The position numbers were made by a program, and so were the translations under genes. Below are positions 1 through 10,383 of a DNA stretch of 64,000 nt, piece by piece; the stretch's first letter is position 1, and the number at the start of each line of letters is the position of its first letter. Origin of the DNA: Minisyncoccota bacterium (GTDB lineage Bacteria; Patescibacteriota; Minisyncoccia; Phycocordibacterales; UBA1006); NCBI GenBank assembly GCA_036405175.1, contig DASWYC010000002.1:321700-385699 (forward strand). The letters run 5' to 3'. The notes beneath the pieces are model-generated. The model was not told the DNA's origin. It did no database searches and saw only the letters and a program-made list of their open reading frames with translations.

Positions 1-48
1 AGTATCCGGTAATTCAAATGTTTTAAATTCTTCCAACGTCATACGCGC

Positions 49-1137
49 TTACTTTCTAAGATCGTTGATCACGCCTACCACCGCAAGCGCTAATATGATG
101 AGCATTCCGATACCATTCAAAATAGCTTGTGCATTGGTTGAGATTTTCTTACCACGAGCAGCTTCAAACAATACTACCAAGATGCGCCCTCCATCTAAAA
201 TTGGGAGTGGCAAAATATTGAGCACGGCAAGGTTGATTGAGATGATGGCAACCAATACCAAAAAGAGTGAAAATCCTTCTGCTAAGGTATTACCTAAAAT
301 GCGCACAATACCAATTGGTCCCGAAACGGATGCATCACCAGCCGTTGAAACACCTGGTTCATCTGGTGTCACCACATTAACCACAGCATGAACAAATCCC
401 ATAAATGTTTCCTTGGTTAAAAATGCAGTGTATGAAAATGAGTCACCTACAGCACGTATGAAGTTTTCTTTAACATGAATATCTTCAAGGAGCACCACAC
501 CTACGCGATACTTTCCATCACTCATCACCGGCGTCAACGTTACTGGCTCATCTACACCTTCAAAACTAATAGCAAGAGGTGCGCCAATCTGTACAATTTG
601 CCCAAACATTTCTTGTGTAGGGTTAGCAACAATATTGTCCTGCACCACCACTTGGGTTACTTTCTTTTTAGTTGGAACGTTTGCTAAATCTGCAGGAGAG
701 TCCGGAGCTACTTCAAAAAATGAAAGCGTTGGTGCATTTGTTTGAAACTCTGCGCGAAGCTTCTGCGGCAACGATTCTGCCGGCAAACTTACGCCACGTG
801 TAAAGAGCATGGCAAACAAAAACCAAGCGGCCAACAAATTCATTACCACACCGGCAATTAAAATAATCAACTTACGCCCCGTAGTTGTTCCACTCAATGA
901 GTCCTTAGACGTATCATCTGCCTCTGCACCATCACCTTTCAATTTAACAAATCCTCCCAACAATAATGCACCAAATGAGAACTTGGTTCCGCGGAAATTG
1001 GTACTCAAAATCCTCGGTGGAAATCCTACCGAGAATTCAAGCACTTTAACTCCCACTAACTTGGCAGCAAAAAAATGTCCAAGCTCATGGATAATCACGA
1101 GTGCAATAATAGCGACGAGTGGAATAACAATACTCAT
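49..1137 (-). CDS. rseP: RIP (site-2) zinc metalloprotease RseP
   Basis: HELGH zinc motif in N-terminal TM helix; PDZ-like middle region; multi-pass membrane; position next to frr as in many bacteria. Confidence 0.85.
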   Translation of the reverse strand: MSIVIPLVAIIALVIIHELGHFFAAKLVGVKVLEFSVGFPPRILSTNFRGTKFSFGALLLGGFVKLKGDGAEADDTSKDSLSGTTTGRKLIILIAGVVMNLLAAWFLFAMLFTRGVSLPAESLPQKLRAEFQTNAPTLSFFEVAPDSPADLANVPTKKKVTQVVVQDNIVANPTQEMFGQIVQIGAPLAISFEGVDEPVTLTPVMSDGKYRVGVVLLEDIHVKENFIRAVGDSFSYTAFLTKETFMGFVHAVVNVVTPDEPGVSTAGDASVSGPIGIVRILGNTLAEGFSLFLVLVAIISINLAVLNILPLPILDGGRILVVLFEAARGKKISTNAQAILNGIGMLIILALAVVGVINDLRK

Positions 1138-1143
1138 ACAAAT

Positions 1144-1695
1144 CTATACGGTCATCACCTCTTTTTCTTTAAGAGCAGCAAGCTCATCAAGTTTACGGTT
1201 AGCCGCATCAACAATGTCCTGCATGGTCTTTTTGTGGCGCTTCAAATCATCTTCATTAATTTCATTATTCTTTTTAAGCTCATCAAGCGCCTTGTCACAA
1301 TCCTGACGATTCTGACGCACCTTAATACGTGCTTCTTCTTGTTTCTTCCCAATAGTTTTGGTGAGTTCTTTGCGAGTATCCTCGGTCATGGCTGGGATTG
1401 ATACACGGATCCCTGAACTATCAGAAGATACCGACACCGGCATTCCTGATTCGCGGATAGCATTTTCAATAGCCTTTGAGGTACTTGCATCCCATGGAGA
1501 TACCTTAAGCGTATGAGCTCCTTCTGGCGCCATAGATGCACATGCTTTAATAGGCTGCATGCTTCCGTAGACAGAAACAAGCACACCATCAAGCATAGCT
1601 GGTGTGATGCGTCCTGCCTGCACTAAATTGTATTCTGAAATAAGCCAATCTTGGCTATTTTTTACCTCCTGTTCGAGTGTTTTGAGTGGTTGCAT
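1144..1695 (-). CDS. frr: ribosome recycling factor
   Basis: 183 aa, full-length similarity to RRF (KACASMAPEGAHTLKVSPWD... coiled-coil C-term). Confidence 0.9.
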   Translation of the reverse strand: MQPLKTLEQEVKNSQDWLISEYNLVQAGRITPAMLDGVLVSVYGSMQPIKACASMAPEGAHTLKVSPWDASTSKAIENAIRESGMPVSVSSDSSGIRVSIPAMTEDTRKELTKTIGKKQEEARIKVRQNRQDCDKALDELKKNNEINEDDLKRHKKTMQDIVDAANRKLDELAALKEKEVMTV

Positions 1696-1757
1696 ATAGC
1701 TAGTATACTACTACATTTTTTGAGTTTTGTCGTGGGTTGTATGAAGAAATTTTCATA

Positions 1758-1789
1758 CAAAAATTCCAGCTTTTTGGCTGGAATTTTTG
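1758..1789. terminator. bidirectional rho-independent terminator hairpin (caaaaattccagc/gctggaatttttg) downstream of pheT
   Basis: 13-bp perfect inverted repeat with T-runs on both strands. Confidence 0.6.
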
Positions 1790-1794
1790 ATTCT

Positions 1795-3699
1795 TTAGCG
1801 CATCTCGCATCCTTTTGAACGGAGCATGGTGTAGATCTTTTCAATCTCTTCGTTTACCACAGCATCGGTAAGTGTTGTCGATGCATCCTGGAAGACAAAG
1901 CGGATCAACACTGACGTTTTGTCATCTTTGGTAAAGGTATCGGCAAGATACGGTTTTTTAATGAGGTAATTAAGCTGTTCATTCATACACCAACCAAGAA
2001 CTTCTTGGGGAGTGTTGTCTGAAGGAATAAAGCATGACACATCGCGTGACACATACGGAGTGGTTCCCCATTGAGTAAATTTAGTATCACCGGTTGAGTC
2101 GCCAATAAATGCGTAATCACCTTCTGGATCAGCCTTGGTGTAATTAACTTTATACACCGTGTATCCGTCTTCATCGCTTATAAGTTCAAGCACTTTTTTA
2201 AGATGATGATCTTTAATCTGTTCATTAAATGCTTCAATCAAAGGCTTCTTTTTTGTCCCATCAAAGAGTACTACATGAAGCTCTTCAGTAGCTTCTTTGG
2301 TAAAGATAGTTCCAATTTCATACAAACAAATATTTGAAGCCTCGAGAAAATCCTTATTAAGACGTGATTGCTCAACTGAGTTTTTAAAACTTGTCACTAA
2401 CGTATCGCGAAGGAATGACTTTTCTTTTGATACCGGTGAAGCAACCTCGAGTGATCCTTGCGCAACTAAACTGTGATTTCTGATTTCATTGAATCCAACT
2501 TCACTTAAAATCTGACGCAATTGAGTAACTACGAGGGTTCGCTGATCAATGTGCGGTGTAAAGTTAAGGCGTGGCAATTCTTCTTGAATGTTATTGTAGC
2601 CATACATACGACCAACTTCTTCAATCACATCAACCGGATATACAATATCTACGCGATCAAGCGGCGGTACAACCTTATACAGTTCCCCTTCAACAACAAC
2701 TTGAAAGCCAAGTGATTTGAGGATTGATTCAATTTCTGCACTATCAATATTTGCTCCCAAGAGACGCTGGATTTCTTGCTGAGAAACTACCACTTGAGCA
2801 GAGGTTTCAACTTCACCCTTTTTAGTATCTTCTATTGTAATTACTGCGACATCCGCTTCTTCCTTTAAAAGAATTAAAAGAACTTTGAGCGCATGATCTA
2901 AGAGTGAAGACTTTCGATGCACAGAGAATCTTTTCGAAGCATCTGTAGCAAGGTTTAACCGACGTGATGTTTTACGAATATATTTTTCATCAAACACGCC
3001 AAGTTCAAAAAATGCACTGGTTGTATTCTCATCAACGATTGCGTTCTCTCCACCTTTAATTCCTGCAAGCGAAAGTACGCCGCTTTTATCTCCAAGAATA
3101 ATATTAGGGTTCTCTTTGGTTCCGTCTCGAATTACTAGATCATTTACAGTAAGATTATAATTTTTACCACCCATCATTGTAAAGATTTCACCATCATGAG
3201 CAGGAGTCACAATAAATGAACCAGTGCATTTTGACCCATCATAGACATGAACTGGTTGACCAGTAATCAACATCACCATATTAGTAATATCAACAAAAAT
3301 TGATTTTGATTGTATGCCACAAGCACTGAGAATGTTCTTCATCCACTCAGGTGTTTTTATTTGCTTTAAACCACTAACATGAACAAAGATTATTCGCGAA
3401 GAACCTTCAATAATAGCATTACCCTTTTCTCTTTTTACTTCTGGAAGATTCAGCTCCTTATTATAAACTGAATCATAGCTTTGTTTTTGAAACGCGCACA
3501 ATTCTTTTAACAGTCCTTCATGACTCAATAAATCTCCGTATCTGTTAGGAGTAATTTCAAGATCAATAACTGAATCATTGCCAACTGCTTCGATTGATTC
3601 AACTTCGCACAAATGCTCAGTGATTAATTCATCAAGTTGTTCATTTGATGGTAAAGTTTTTCCGTAAATTTTTTCAAGCAATATCTTTGAGTATTTCAT
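1795..3699 (-). CDS. pheT: phenylalanine--tRNA ligase beta subunit (short form)
   Basis: 634 aa; B3/B4 and B5 type regions; immediately downstream of pheS. Confidence 0.85.
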   Translation of the reverse strand: MKYSKILLEKIYGKTLPSNEQLDELITEHLCEVESIEAVGNDSVIDLEITPNRYGDLLSHEGLLKELCAFQKQSYDSVYNKELNLPEVKREKGNAIIEGSSRIIFVHVSGLKQIKTPEWMKNILSACGIQSKSIFVDITNMVMLITGQPVHVYDGSKCTGSFIVTPAHDGEIFTMMGGKNYNLTVNDLVIRDGTKENPNIILGDKSGVLSLAGIKGGENAIVDENTTSAFFELGVFDEKYIRKTSRRLNLATDASKRFSVHRKSSLLDHALKVLLILLKEEADVAVITIEDTKKGEVETSAQVVVSQQEIQRLLGANIDSAEIESILKSLGFQVVVEGELYKVVPPLDRVDIVYPVDVIEEVGRMYGYNNIQEELPRLNFTPHIDQRTLVVTQLRQILSEVGFNEIRNHSLVAQGSLEVASPVSKEKSFLRDTLVTSFKNSVEQSRLNKDFLEASNICLYEIGTIFTKEATEELHVVLFDGTKKKPLIEAFNEQIKDHHLKKVLELISDEDGYTVYKVNYTKADPEGDYAFIGDSTGDTKFTQWGTTPYVSRDVSCFIPSDNTPQEVLGWCMNEQLNYLIKKPYLADTFTKDDKTSVLIRFVFQDASTTLTDAVVNEEIEKIYTMLRSKGCEMR

Positions 3700-3704
3700 A
3701 TATA

Positions 3705-4403
3705 TTAGAATTGATTAACGCGTTCATCACCGGCATAAAATACACGCACATCCGGCACGCCATATTTAATAACCGCTAATCTATCAAGCCCCATTCCAAA
3801 TGCAAATCCGGTATATTTTGTTGAGTCAAAACCTCCATTTTCAATAACTTCTGGATGCACCATTCCTGCCCCAAGGAGTTCAAGCCATTTCTTTCCGGTC
3901 CACACCGCTACTTCAAAACCTGGTTCAACGAACGGAAAGAACGACGGACGCAATTTAATTTTTGCACTATCGCCATAGAGTTCTTGGAAGAATCTCGTAA
4001 GTACGCCTTTCAAGTGAGCAACATTAATTCCCTCACCAATTACCATTCCTTCAACCTGATGAAACTGCGTCTCATGTGTTGCGTCAGTAGATTCATTTCT
4101 ATACACCTTTCCAATCGTACAAAAAGCAAACGGCGGTTCAACACCCAACTCTTTAAGTTGTTTCATTCTGCGGATTTGTGTATTAGATGTATGAGTACGC
4201 ATTACCATCCCAGGAAGATTTTTGAGATAAAAGGTATCCTGCATATCACGCGCAGGATGATCTTTTTCTACGCGGAGCGCATCAAAGTTATGCCATTCGT
4301 CTTCTAATTCTTGCGCTGAGGTAATTTCAAATCCCATTCCGGTAAGAATTTTATAAACCTCGTGCTCAAGGAGCGTAATAGGATGAAGTGTTCCTGATTT
4401 CAT
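3705..4403 (-). CDS. pheS: phenylalanine--tRNA ligase alpha subunit (catalytic core only)
   Basis: class II aaRS motifs (FPFVEPGFEV, GFAFGMGLDRLAV); only 232 aa (no N-terminal extension). Confidence 0.85.
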   Translation of the reverse strand: MKSGTLHPITLLEHEVYKILTGMGFEITSAQELEDEWHNFDALRVEKDHPARDMQDTFYLKNLPGMVMRTHTSNTQIRRMKQLKELGVEPPFAFCTIGKVYRNESTDATHETQFHQVEGMVIGEGINVAHLKGVLTRFFQELYGDSAKIKLRPSFFPFVEPGFEVAVWTGKKWLELLGAGMVHPEVIENGGFDSTKYTGFAFGMGLDRLAVIKYGVPDVRVFYAGDERVNQF

Positions 4404-4407
4404 ATGA

Positions 4408-5829
4408 TTATTTTTTAGCTTCGAATAATTCTTTAAACTTGGCAGGATTGCCAGATCCTTTAGACGCTTTCATAGCCATTCCAATCATAAACTGGAGCAG
4501 CGCGTCCTTACCATTTTTATAGTCTTCCCACTGAGCAACGTTTTCTGCAATTACGGTATCAATGATTGCATTGAGCGCTGATTCATCCTGTACCTGAATA
4601 TAGCCAAGTTCTTTAGCGAGTACATCTGGCTCACGATCATCATTCATCATCACTACCAATAAATCTTTCACACCACGAGAACTGAGTGACCCTGCACGAT
4701 ATAATTTAAGCAGATTCAAAAAGCGAACAACCGGTAACTGTTTAATAATATCCTCATGTGTCATTGATTGAGAAAGTGAAAGTCCCACAAAATCAGATTT
4801 AATATAGTTAGCCATGAGCTTAATCATTTCAAGATCAGGTTCTAGTTCTGCGCCGGCTTCAAAGTATTTTCTGAGCACCGGTTCAGCCAAAAAGAATTCT
4901 CCAATTTCTGGATTGAGTTTAAGATCAACTTCATAACGAGCACGGAGCTTCCACGGTAGTTCTGGAAGTCCTGCTTTTATCTCATCAAGATTGAAAAGTT
5001 CTGAAATATAGAATTTTGGAATATCTGGATCTGGGAAGTATCGGTAGTCATCACTATTTTCTTTAGTGCGCTGAGAGAAGGTGTTTTGATTTTCATCACT
5101 CCAACCGCGGGTTTCCTGCACAATTTCATTAGCGCGCCCTTCATCATGCAATTTAGTCATACGAGCAATTTCATAATCAATTGCTTTTCCAACTACTGAG
5201 AATGAGTTAAGGTTTTTAATCTCAACTTTGGTACCAAGTTTATCCTTATCTGGAGAAATAGAAATATTTACTTCAACACGCATGTTTCCAAGTTCCATGT
5301 CGGCGTTAGATACATCAAGCTCACGCAACAAGAGGCGCAATTCTTTTGCAAATCGCATCGCATCATCAGCACTATGAAGTACCGGTTCTGTTACCAACTC
5401 CATCAGTGGCACACCAGCGCGGTTGTAATCAACAAGTGATTTTCCTTCTTGATGAATTGACGTTCCGGTGTCTTCTTCAAGGTGGATACGGGTAATATCA
5501 AACCCTAACAATGATCCATGTTGCACGAGCGGATACTTATATTGTGAAATCTGATAGCCTTTTGGAATATCCGGATAAAAATAGTTCTTGCGGTCAAACT
5601 CGGTAAAGTCTGCAATTTCCCCATCAACTGCCAAACCAACCTGAATTACCTTTTTAATAGCCTCTTTATTAGGAACCGGAAGCGTTCCAGGGTGCGCCAA
5701 ACACACCGGACATACATTAGTATTTGGTACCGTTTCGTGAGCGTCATTTTTACAGCCGCAAAACATTTTTGAGGCGGTGTTGAGCTCGGCGTGAATCTCA
5801 AGCCCGATGGTTGGATAGTAGGTTGCCAT
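4408..5829 (-). CDS. gatB: Asp-tRNA(Asn)/Glu-tRNA(Gln) amidotransferase subunit B
   Basis: MATYYPTIGLEIHAEL N-terminus typical of GatB; C-terminal YqeY/GatB domain; start taken at internal ATG 5829 (ORF track extends to 5901). Confidence 0.85.
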   Translation of the reverse strand: MATYYPTIGLEIHAELNTASKMFCGCKNDAHETVPNTNVCPVCLAHPGTLPVPNKEAIKKVIQVGLAVDGEIADFTEFDRKNYFYPDIPKGYQISQYKYPLVQHGSLLGFDITRIHLEEDTGTSIHQEGKSLVDYNRAGVPLMELVTEPVLHSADDAMRFAKELRLLLRELDVSNADMELGNMRVEVNISISPDKDKLGTKVEIKNLNSFSVVGKAIDYEIARMTKLHDEGRANEIVQETRGWSDENQNTFSQRTKENSDDYRYFPDPDIPKFYISELFNLDEIKAGLPELPWKLRARYEVDLKLNPEIGEFFLAEPVLRKYFEAGAELEPDLEMIKLMANYIKSDFVGLSLSQSMTHEDIIKQLPVVRFLNLLKLYRAGSLSSRGVKDLLVVMMNDDREPDVLAKELGYIQVQDESALNAIIDTVIAENVAQWEDYKNGKDALLQFMIGMAMKASKGSGNPAKFKELFEAKK

Positions 5830-6180
5830 GTGTACAACAGTATAGCTTTTTTTTGGGATTTTTGGTAGTATGTGAGAGAAATTCAATTCCTTAAACCGCA
5901 TGGACTTATGTCAACGTTCGACACTCTGAATGGTTTTACCCAAATCCACCCTACATTCGCAGGGATCAGTATTGTCTGCTTTCTTTTGGCCTCATATCTT
6001 TTATATGTCGCTTCGCATAACGTGTACAAGTCAGTTTCAGAACGTTACAGATTTACGAAAAGACTTCGTCTTTGGTAAATTCATTAAAACACCATCTCAA
6101 CCCAAGAGCCATTCGAATTAATTTTGAATGGTTTTTGTAATCCAGAATACTTGTAATATATTGATAAATTGTAGTACAGA

Positions 6181-6210
6181 AAAAGCCATCTAATTCTTTA
6201 GATGGCTTTC
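6181..6210. terminator. rho-independent terminator downstream of obg
   Basis: aaagccatcta/tagatggcttt hairpin followed by T-run on minus strand. Confidence 0.6.
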
Positions 6211-6211
6211 C

Positions 6212-7189
6212 TTATTCCTTTTTTAATTCTCCAACAATATTTTCTACCAACTTTTTAGTAGAAGCATCGTCATACAGCGAAACACTGTGAACTTCTTTTC
6301 CAATAGCCTTACTCAAGCCTTCAACAAGAGGTGTAATATCACCTTCAAGATTATCGATCTTACTCATAACAACAATCTCATCTTTTTGCAAAAGTGCTGA
6401 GTCAAATGCACCAAGCTCATCTCTAATTGCTTTATACGCCGCAACCAATTCCTCAACGCTTTCACGTGCTTCAATAAAATGAACGAGTACTCGCGTGCGG
6501 CGAACATGCTGCAAAAACTTATGACCAAGCCCTTTTCCTTCTGATGCTCCTTCAATGAGTCCAGGAATGTCTGCAAAGATATATTCAAAATAGACCCCAA
6601 GATTCGGCTCGATCGTTGTAAACGGATAGTTAGCAACTTTTCCTTGTGCCTGAGTTACCGCATTCAAGAATGATGTTTTACCAGCATTTGGAAAACCAAT
6701 GATTCCCACATCCGCAATAATACGAAGCTCAAAAGAAATGAGTCCTTCTTCACCTTTTCTTCCAGGAGTAGATTCTTTTGGTGTAACATTATTTGAACGC
6801 TTAAAGTGTTCATTACCAAAACCACCGTATCCACCAGTTAAGATTTGGAATCGTTCACCAACTTCAATAAGATCATAGCTTTCTCCGGTTGAAATATTTT
6901 TTACCAGCGTTCCGCGAGGAAGTTTGATCACCAAATCCTCTCCTGTTTTTCCATGCATACCAAAGTTGTCCCCGTTGCCCCCCTTTTCAGCTTCGAGCTC
7001 TTTGATGTTTCTATAGTGTTCAAGATATGAAAGGTCACCGATAGCTTCAATATATACATCGCCACCCTTTCCGCCATCACCGCCACCAGGACCAGACATT
7101 GGCTTAAACTTTTCACGACGCCATCGAACAACGCCGTCTCCACCGTCACCTGCCTTAACCTTAATTGTCACATGATCTACGAATGCCAT
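6212..7189 (-). CDS. obg: GTPase Obg
   Basis: Obg fold N-terminal Gly-rich domain (GDGGDGVVRWRREKF) plus G domain (GFPNAGKTSFLNAVT). Confidence 0.9.
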   Translation of the reverse strand: MAFVDHVTIKVKAGDGGDGVVRWRREKFKPMSGPGGGDGGKGGDVYIEAIGDLSYLEHYRNIKELEAEKGGNGDNFGMHGKTGEDLVIKLPRGTLVKNISTGESYDLIEVGERFQILTGGYGGFGNEHFKRSNNVTPKESTPGRKGEEGLISFELRIIADVGIIGFPNAGKTSFLNAVTQAQGKVANYPFTTIEPNLGVYFEYIFADIPGLIEGASEGKGLGHKFLQHVRRTRVLVHFIEARESVEELVAAYKAIRDELGAFDSALLQKDEIVVMSKIDNLEGDITPLVEGLSKAIGKEVHSVSLYDDASTKKLVENIVGELKKE

Positions 7190-7237
7190 ATTGGGTATAT
7201 CTTGACATATTTTAGAGTGAATGTCAAAAATTAATGC

Positions 7238-7261
7238 CTATACAGTTTATAACTGTATAGG
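7238..7261. terminator. perfect hairpin cctatacagtt-tat-aactgtatagg about 220 nt downstream of ychF
   Basis: 11-bp perfect stem, T-rich flank on minus strand; may terminate ychF or an unannotated small RNA. Confidence 0.45.
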
Positions 7262-7275
7262 CCTTTTCTTCTGTC

Positions 7276-7295
7276 GAGAGATTGCATAATCTCTC
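7276..7295. promoter_or_regulatory. perfect 20-bp palindrome gagagattgcataatctctc
   Basis: fully self-complementary including the loop; could be a protein-binding site or RNA hairpin in the obg upstream region. Confidence 0.3.
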
Positions 7296-7484
7296 ATGTA
7301 AGTGAATTTATGCGTACGCCACGTTGACTTTGCTTCGTATATCAACCAACCAAAGATGCTCGCTGGGAAGATGACCGCCCACACGATAATTCCTACTATT
7401 TGCATTTTCTTATATAGTGTTTATGAATTAAAAAATAAAAAACTCTCCATTTATTTATAGCACAGAGTGTGCGATTCCCCTATG

Positions 7485-8597
7485 TTACACGCGGAATTCA
7501 ACAACATCCCCATCCTGCACAATATATGTTTTCCCTTCAACTCGCAGCTTCCCTTTATTGCGTGCTTCTGTAAGCGAGCCACATTCAACCAAATCAGCAT
7601 AGCTCACCACCTCTGCTCTAATGAACTTCTTTTCAAAATCAGTATGAATTGCTGCAGCTGCAACCGGTGCAAGTGATCCAATTTTAACTGTCCACGCACG
7701 CGTCTCCGTTTCTCCGGTCGTTAAATATGACATCAACCCTAACGCTTTGTATCCGGCTTCAATAAGCCCATCAAGCCCAACACCTTCAACACCTAAATCG
7801 TTACGCATATCCGTGCGTTCTTCTTCAGAAAAAATCTTAAGCTCACCTTCTCCTTGGGCATCAATTAAAATTACTGATGCACCTAATGTAGTGTGTGCAT
7901 AGGCAACAAACTCCTCGTATAATGCAGGATTAGTATCATTCAAATTACTTCCACCACTCTTTCTGTTTCCTGCAACAATCATCTTTTTATTGGTAAGCAA
8001 ATGGAGTGCATACAAAAATCCTGGCTCATGTTCGGTTTCTGTTACAAAGGTAAATGCAGGCTTACTATTTTCTAGATGTTCTTTCAACCGCTTTAAGCAA
8101 TTTGATTCTTGCATGGCTTTTTCATCACCGCGTTTCACATCTTTCTCAATATTGGAAATGCGCTTATCTACTGTCTGAAGGTCAGCAAGAATAAGCTCCA
8201 TCATGATTACTTCAAGATCACGTTTTGGATTGGGTGAACCATACACATGAGTAATGTCGGTAGTAGCATTGTTTTCAAACAAGCGCACCACATGCACAAT
8301 TGCATCCACCTCACGAATATGTGATAAAAACTGATTTCCAAGTCCTGCGCCCGTTGATGCTCCTTCAACCAAGCCAGCAATATCAACAAACTCCACTACC
8401 GCTGGAATTACTTTTTGTGACTTTGACATCTTTGCAAGCACGTCTAAACGAGGATCCGCAACCGGAACAATCCCCACTGATGGATCAATGGTACAAAATG
8501 GGTAGTTTTCTGCCGGCACCGACTTTTCAGTAAGTGCATTAAAGAGTGTTGACTTCCCCACGTTTGGGAGACCAACGATTCCAATCGAGATATTCAT
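7485..8597 (-). CDS. ychF: ribosome-binding ATPase YchF
   Basis: MNISIGIVGLPNVGKSTLFNALT P-loop; TGS-like C-terminus; start taken at internal Met (8597). Confidence 0.9.
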   Translation of the reverse strand: MNISIGIVGLPNVGKSTLFNALTEKSVPAENYPFCTIDPSVGIVPVADPRLDVLAKMSKSQKVIPAVVEFVDIAGLVEGASTGAGLGNQFLSHIREVDAIVHVVRLFENNATTDITHVYGSPNPKRDLEVIMMELILADLQTVDKRISNIEKDVKRGDEKAMQESNCLKRLKEHLENSKPAFTFVTETEHEPGFLYALHLLTNKKMIVAGNRKSGGSNLNDTNPALYEEFVAYAHTTLGASVILIDAQGEGELKIFSEEERTDMRNDLGVEGVGLDGLIEAGYKALGLMSYLTTGETETRAWTVKIGSLAPVAAAAIHTDFEKKFIRAEVVSYADLVECGSLTEARNKGKLRVEGKTYIVQDGDVVEFRV

Positions 8598-8719
8598 GGG
8601 ACAAACTATACGATATTTTATGAGGTTTTTCAATGGGAAATACTTTGGTGGGTTGTAAATATGTTAATAGATTTAACTCTTCTATACTTATATTAGTTCT
8701 CACCTTAAAATTTAACACC

Positions 8720-9046
8720 ATGCTTATAAAAATGACTGCTCATCGTTTCTCGCTTGAAGAGATCCTTTTGGACTTCTTGGGTGCCATTTATCTTGCTGAT
8801 AAATCCTATGCCATCTTAAATACGAAAGAGCCCCTTTCAGTGCCTGATATATGGAATACAAGTAATAAAATTCTTGAAGATGTTGTCCACGTTGATTATT
8901 CAATCGATACTCAAAGCGCAATTCAGAAATGTTGGGAACAATCTGAAAGCTACAAACCTGGCGTTCTTCATTTTCCCACAATGCTTCCCATCACCTATCC
9001 AAGAAACAGTTTTATTGTTGTTGAAATTCTCCCAAAATCAAACTGA
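8720..9046 (+). CDS. hypothetical protein (about 109 aa)
   Basis: ORF-track ORF 8633..9046, likely starting at ATG 8720; no recognisable domain; co-directional with next small ORF. Confidence 0.4.
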   Translation: MLIKMTAHRFSLEEILLDFLGAIYLADKSYAILNTKEPLSVPDIWNTSNKILEDVVHVDYSIDTQSAIQKCWEQSESYKPGVLHFPTMLPITYPRNSFIVVEILPKSN

Positions 9047-9143
9047 AGGGTTCCTATCCAGAAAGACAAGAATAATCTTCTTGTCTTTACTTTTTCTACT
9101 ACTATGATTTAATTCTTTTATTCCTTATTTAAAACCTAATACA

Positions 9144-9470
9144 ATGCTGATTCAAGAAAAAATACTCAAACTCAACAGCACCATTCACCTGAACTTAGGG
9201 GTGTTCAAAGTACTGAATTCAGAACATTCAATTGCCGTCTTTGAGGCAAAGTCTGAAGTTCACGCAGAAAATATCAGAGACTTTTTTAAAGGAGGTATAG
9301 AAACTGAAATTATTCCAGTTTCTATAAGCTCTCCCGAGCTCTATGAAACTCTAAACATCATCAACCAAGAAGTTTTGAATAGGCCGTTTGTAATTATTAC
9401 AAACGACTGTTTAGAGAAAGATTTCGCCATTCCTTCTGGAGATATCATGGTTTTCATGAACGCAGCATAA
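9144..9470 (+). CDS. hypothetical protein (108 aa)
   Basis: intact ORF followed by strong terminator hairpin; no recognisable domain. Confidence 0.45.
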   Translation: MLIQEKILKLNSTIHLNLGVFKVLNSEHSIAVFEAKSEVHAENIRDFFKGGIETEIIPVSISSPELYETLNIINQEVLNRPFVIITNDCLEKDFAIPSGDIMVFMNAA

Positions 9471-9471
9471 G

Positions 9472-9507
9472 AAAAAGGTTGGAAGAAATTAATCTTCCAA
9501 CCTTTTT
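9472..9507. terminator. bidirectional terminator between + strand small-ORF pair and dnaJ
   Basis: aaaggttggaaga/tcttccaaccttt 13-bp stem, T/A runs on both sides. Confidence 0.6.
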
Positions 9508-9519
9508 ACATTCCTGCTT

Positions 9520-10383
9520 TTACCACTTCTGCCCTTCGAGTTCTTCAAGAATCTTTTTGGTTTCTTTGGTAAGTTTTCCGTATTCAACCGTCACTACTAC
9601 CAAAAGATCACCCTTTGGCTTAGTGTGGGCGCCAAGTCCCCGCACAGTGATTACATCTTTATGTTTGGTGAGTTCTGGAATACTAATTTCAATATCACCA
9701 TCCCATCCTTTCAGAACATGCTTACCTCCTAGCAATGCCTGCGACAATGGAATTTTAACTTCAGTAATAATATGTTGACCTTCTTTTCTAAATCCTTTTA
9801 CCTGAGCAACCTTGGCGTATACCACCAAGTCTCCAGGATTTCCATTACTGAGCTCTTCTCCATAACCACGGAACTTTAATCGTGATCCATTATCAACTCC
9901 TGGTGGAATAGTTACGTTTACTTTACGCGAACCAACCTTCTTTCCATCTTTATACGTTGGGATTTCAATTTCTTTTGAAACCCCTTCAAGTGATTCTTTA
10001 AACGTAATTGAAACATCGGCTTCAATAGAGCGTCCTTTGCGCACACCACCAAATCCTTCAAAGATTCCCGAGAAAATATCTCCCATATCAAAATCTTCAA
10101 AGTTCACATGGAATCCGCCAGCTCCTCCCCCAAATGGATTAAAGCCACCGCCACCAAAGCCATCAAATCCTTGCGCGCCTGCTGAACCGTACATATCATA
10201 CTGCTTGCGCTTTTGCTCATCGCTTAAGGTTTGATACGCCTCATTCACTTCTTTAAACCTTGCTTCATCACCTCCTTTATCTGGATGATGAGTACGAGCG
10301 TGTTCATAGAACGCTTTTTTGATTTCAGCTTGTGATGCAGTTTTTGGAACACCTAACACTTCGTAATAATCTTTCATGCGCAT
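9520..10383 (-). CDS. dnaJ: J-domain co-chaperone, DnaJ/CbpA type lacking the Cys-rich zinc-finger domain
   Basis: J domain with HPD (DYYEVLGV...HHPDKGG), G/F-rich region, C-terminal substrate-binding domains; no CxxCxGxG repeats. Confidence 0.85.
   Translation of the reverse strand: MRMKDYYEVLGVPKTASQAEIKKAFYEHARTHHPDKGGDEARFKEVNEAYQTLSDEQKRKQYDMYGSAGAQGFDGFGGGGFNPFGGGAGGFHVNFEDFDMGDIFSGIFEGFGGVRKGRSIEADVSITFKESLEGVSKEIEIPTYKDGKKVGSRKVNVTIPPGVDNGSRLKFRGYGEELSNGNPGDLVVYAKVAQVKGFRKEGQHIITEVKIPLSQALLGGKHVLKGWDGDIEISIPELTKHKDVITVRGLGAHTKPKGDLLVVVTVEYGKLTKETKKILEELEGQKW

Noticed and set aside
65-1401. Plus-strand ORFs 65..391, 475..687, 809..1306 and 1075..1401
   Set aside because: All overlap rseP or frr on the opposite strand, and their translations are low-complexity. 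The conserved rseP and frr readings win.
7467-7676. 69-aa plus-strand ORF at the ychF 3' end
   Set aside because: It overlaps conserved ychF C-terminal coding sequence antisense and has a Cys-rich, low-complexity translation.
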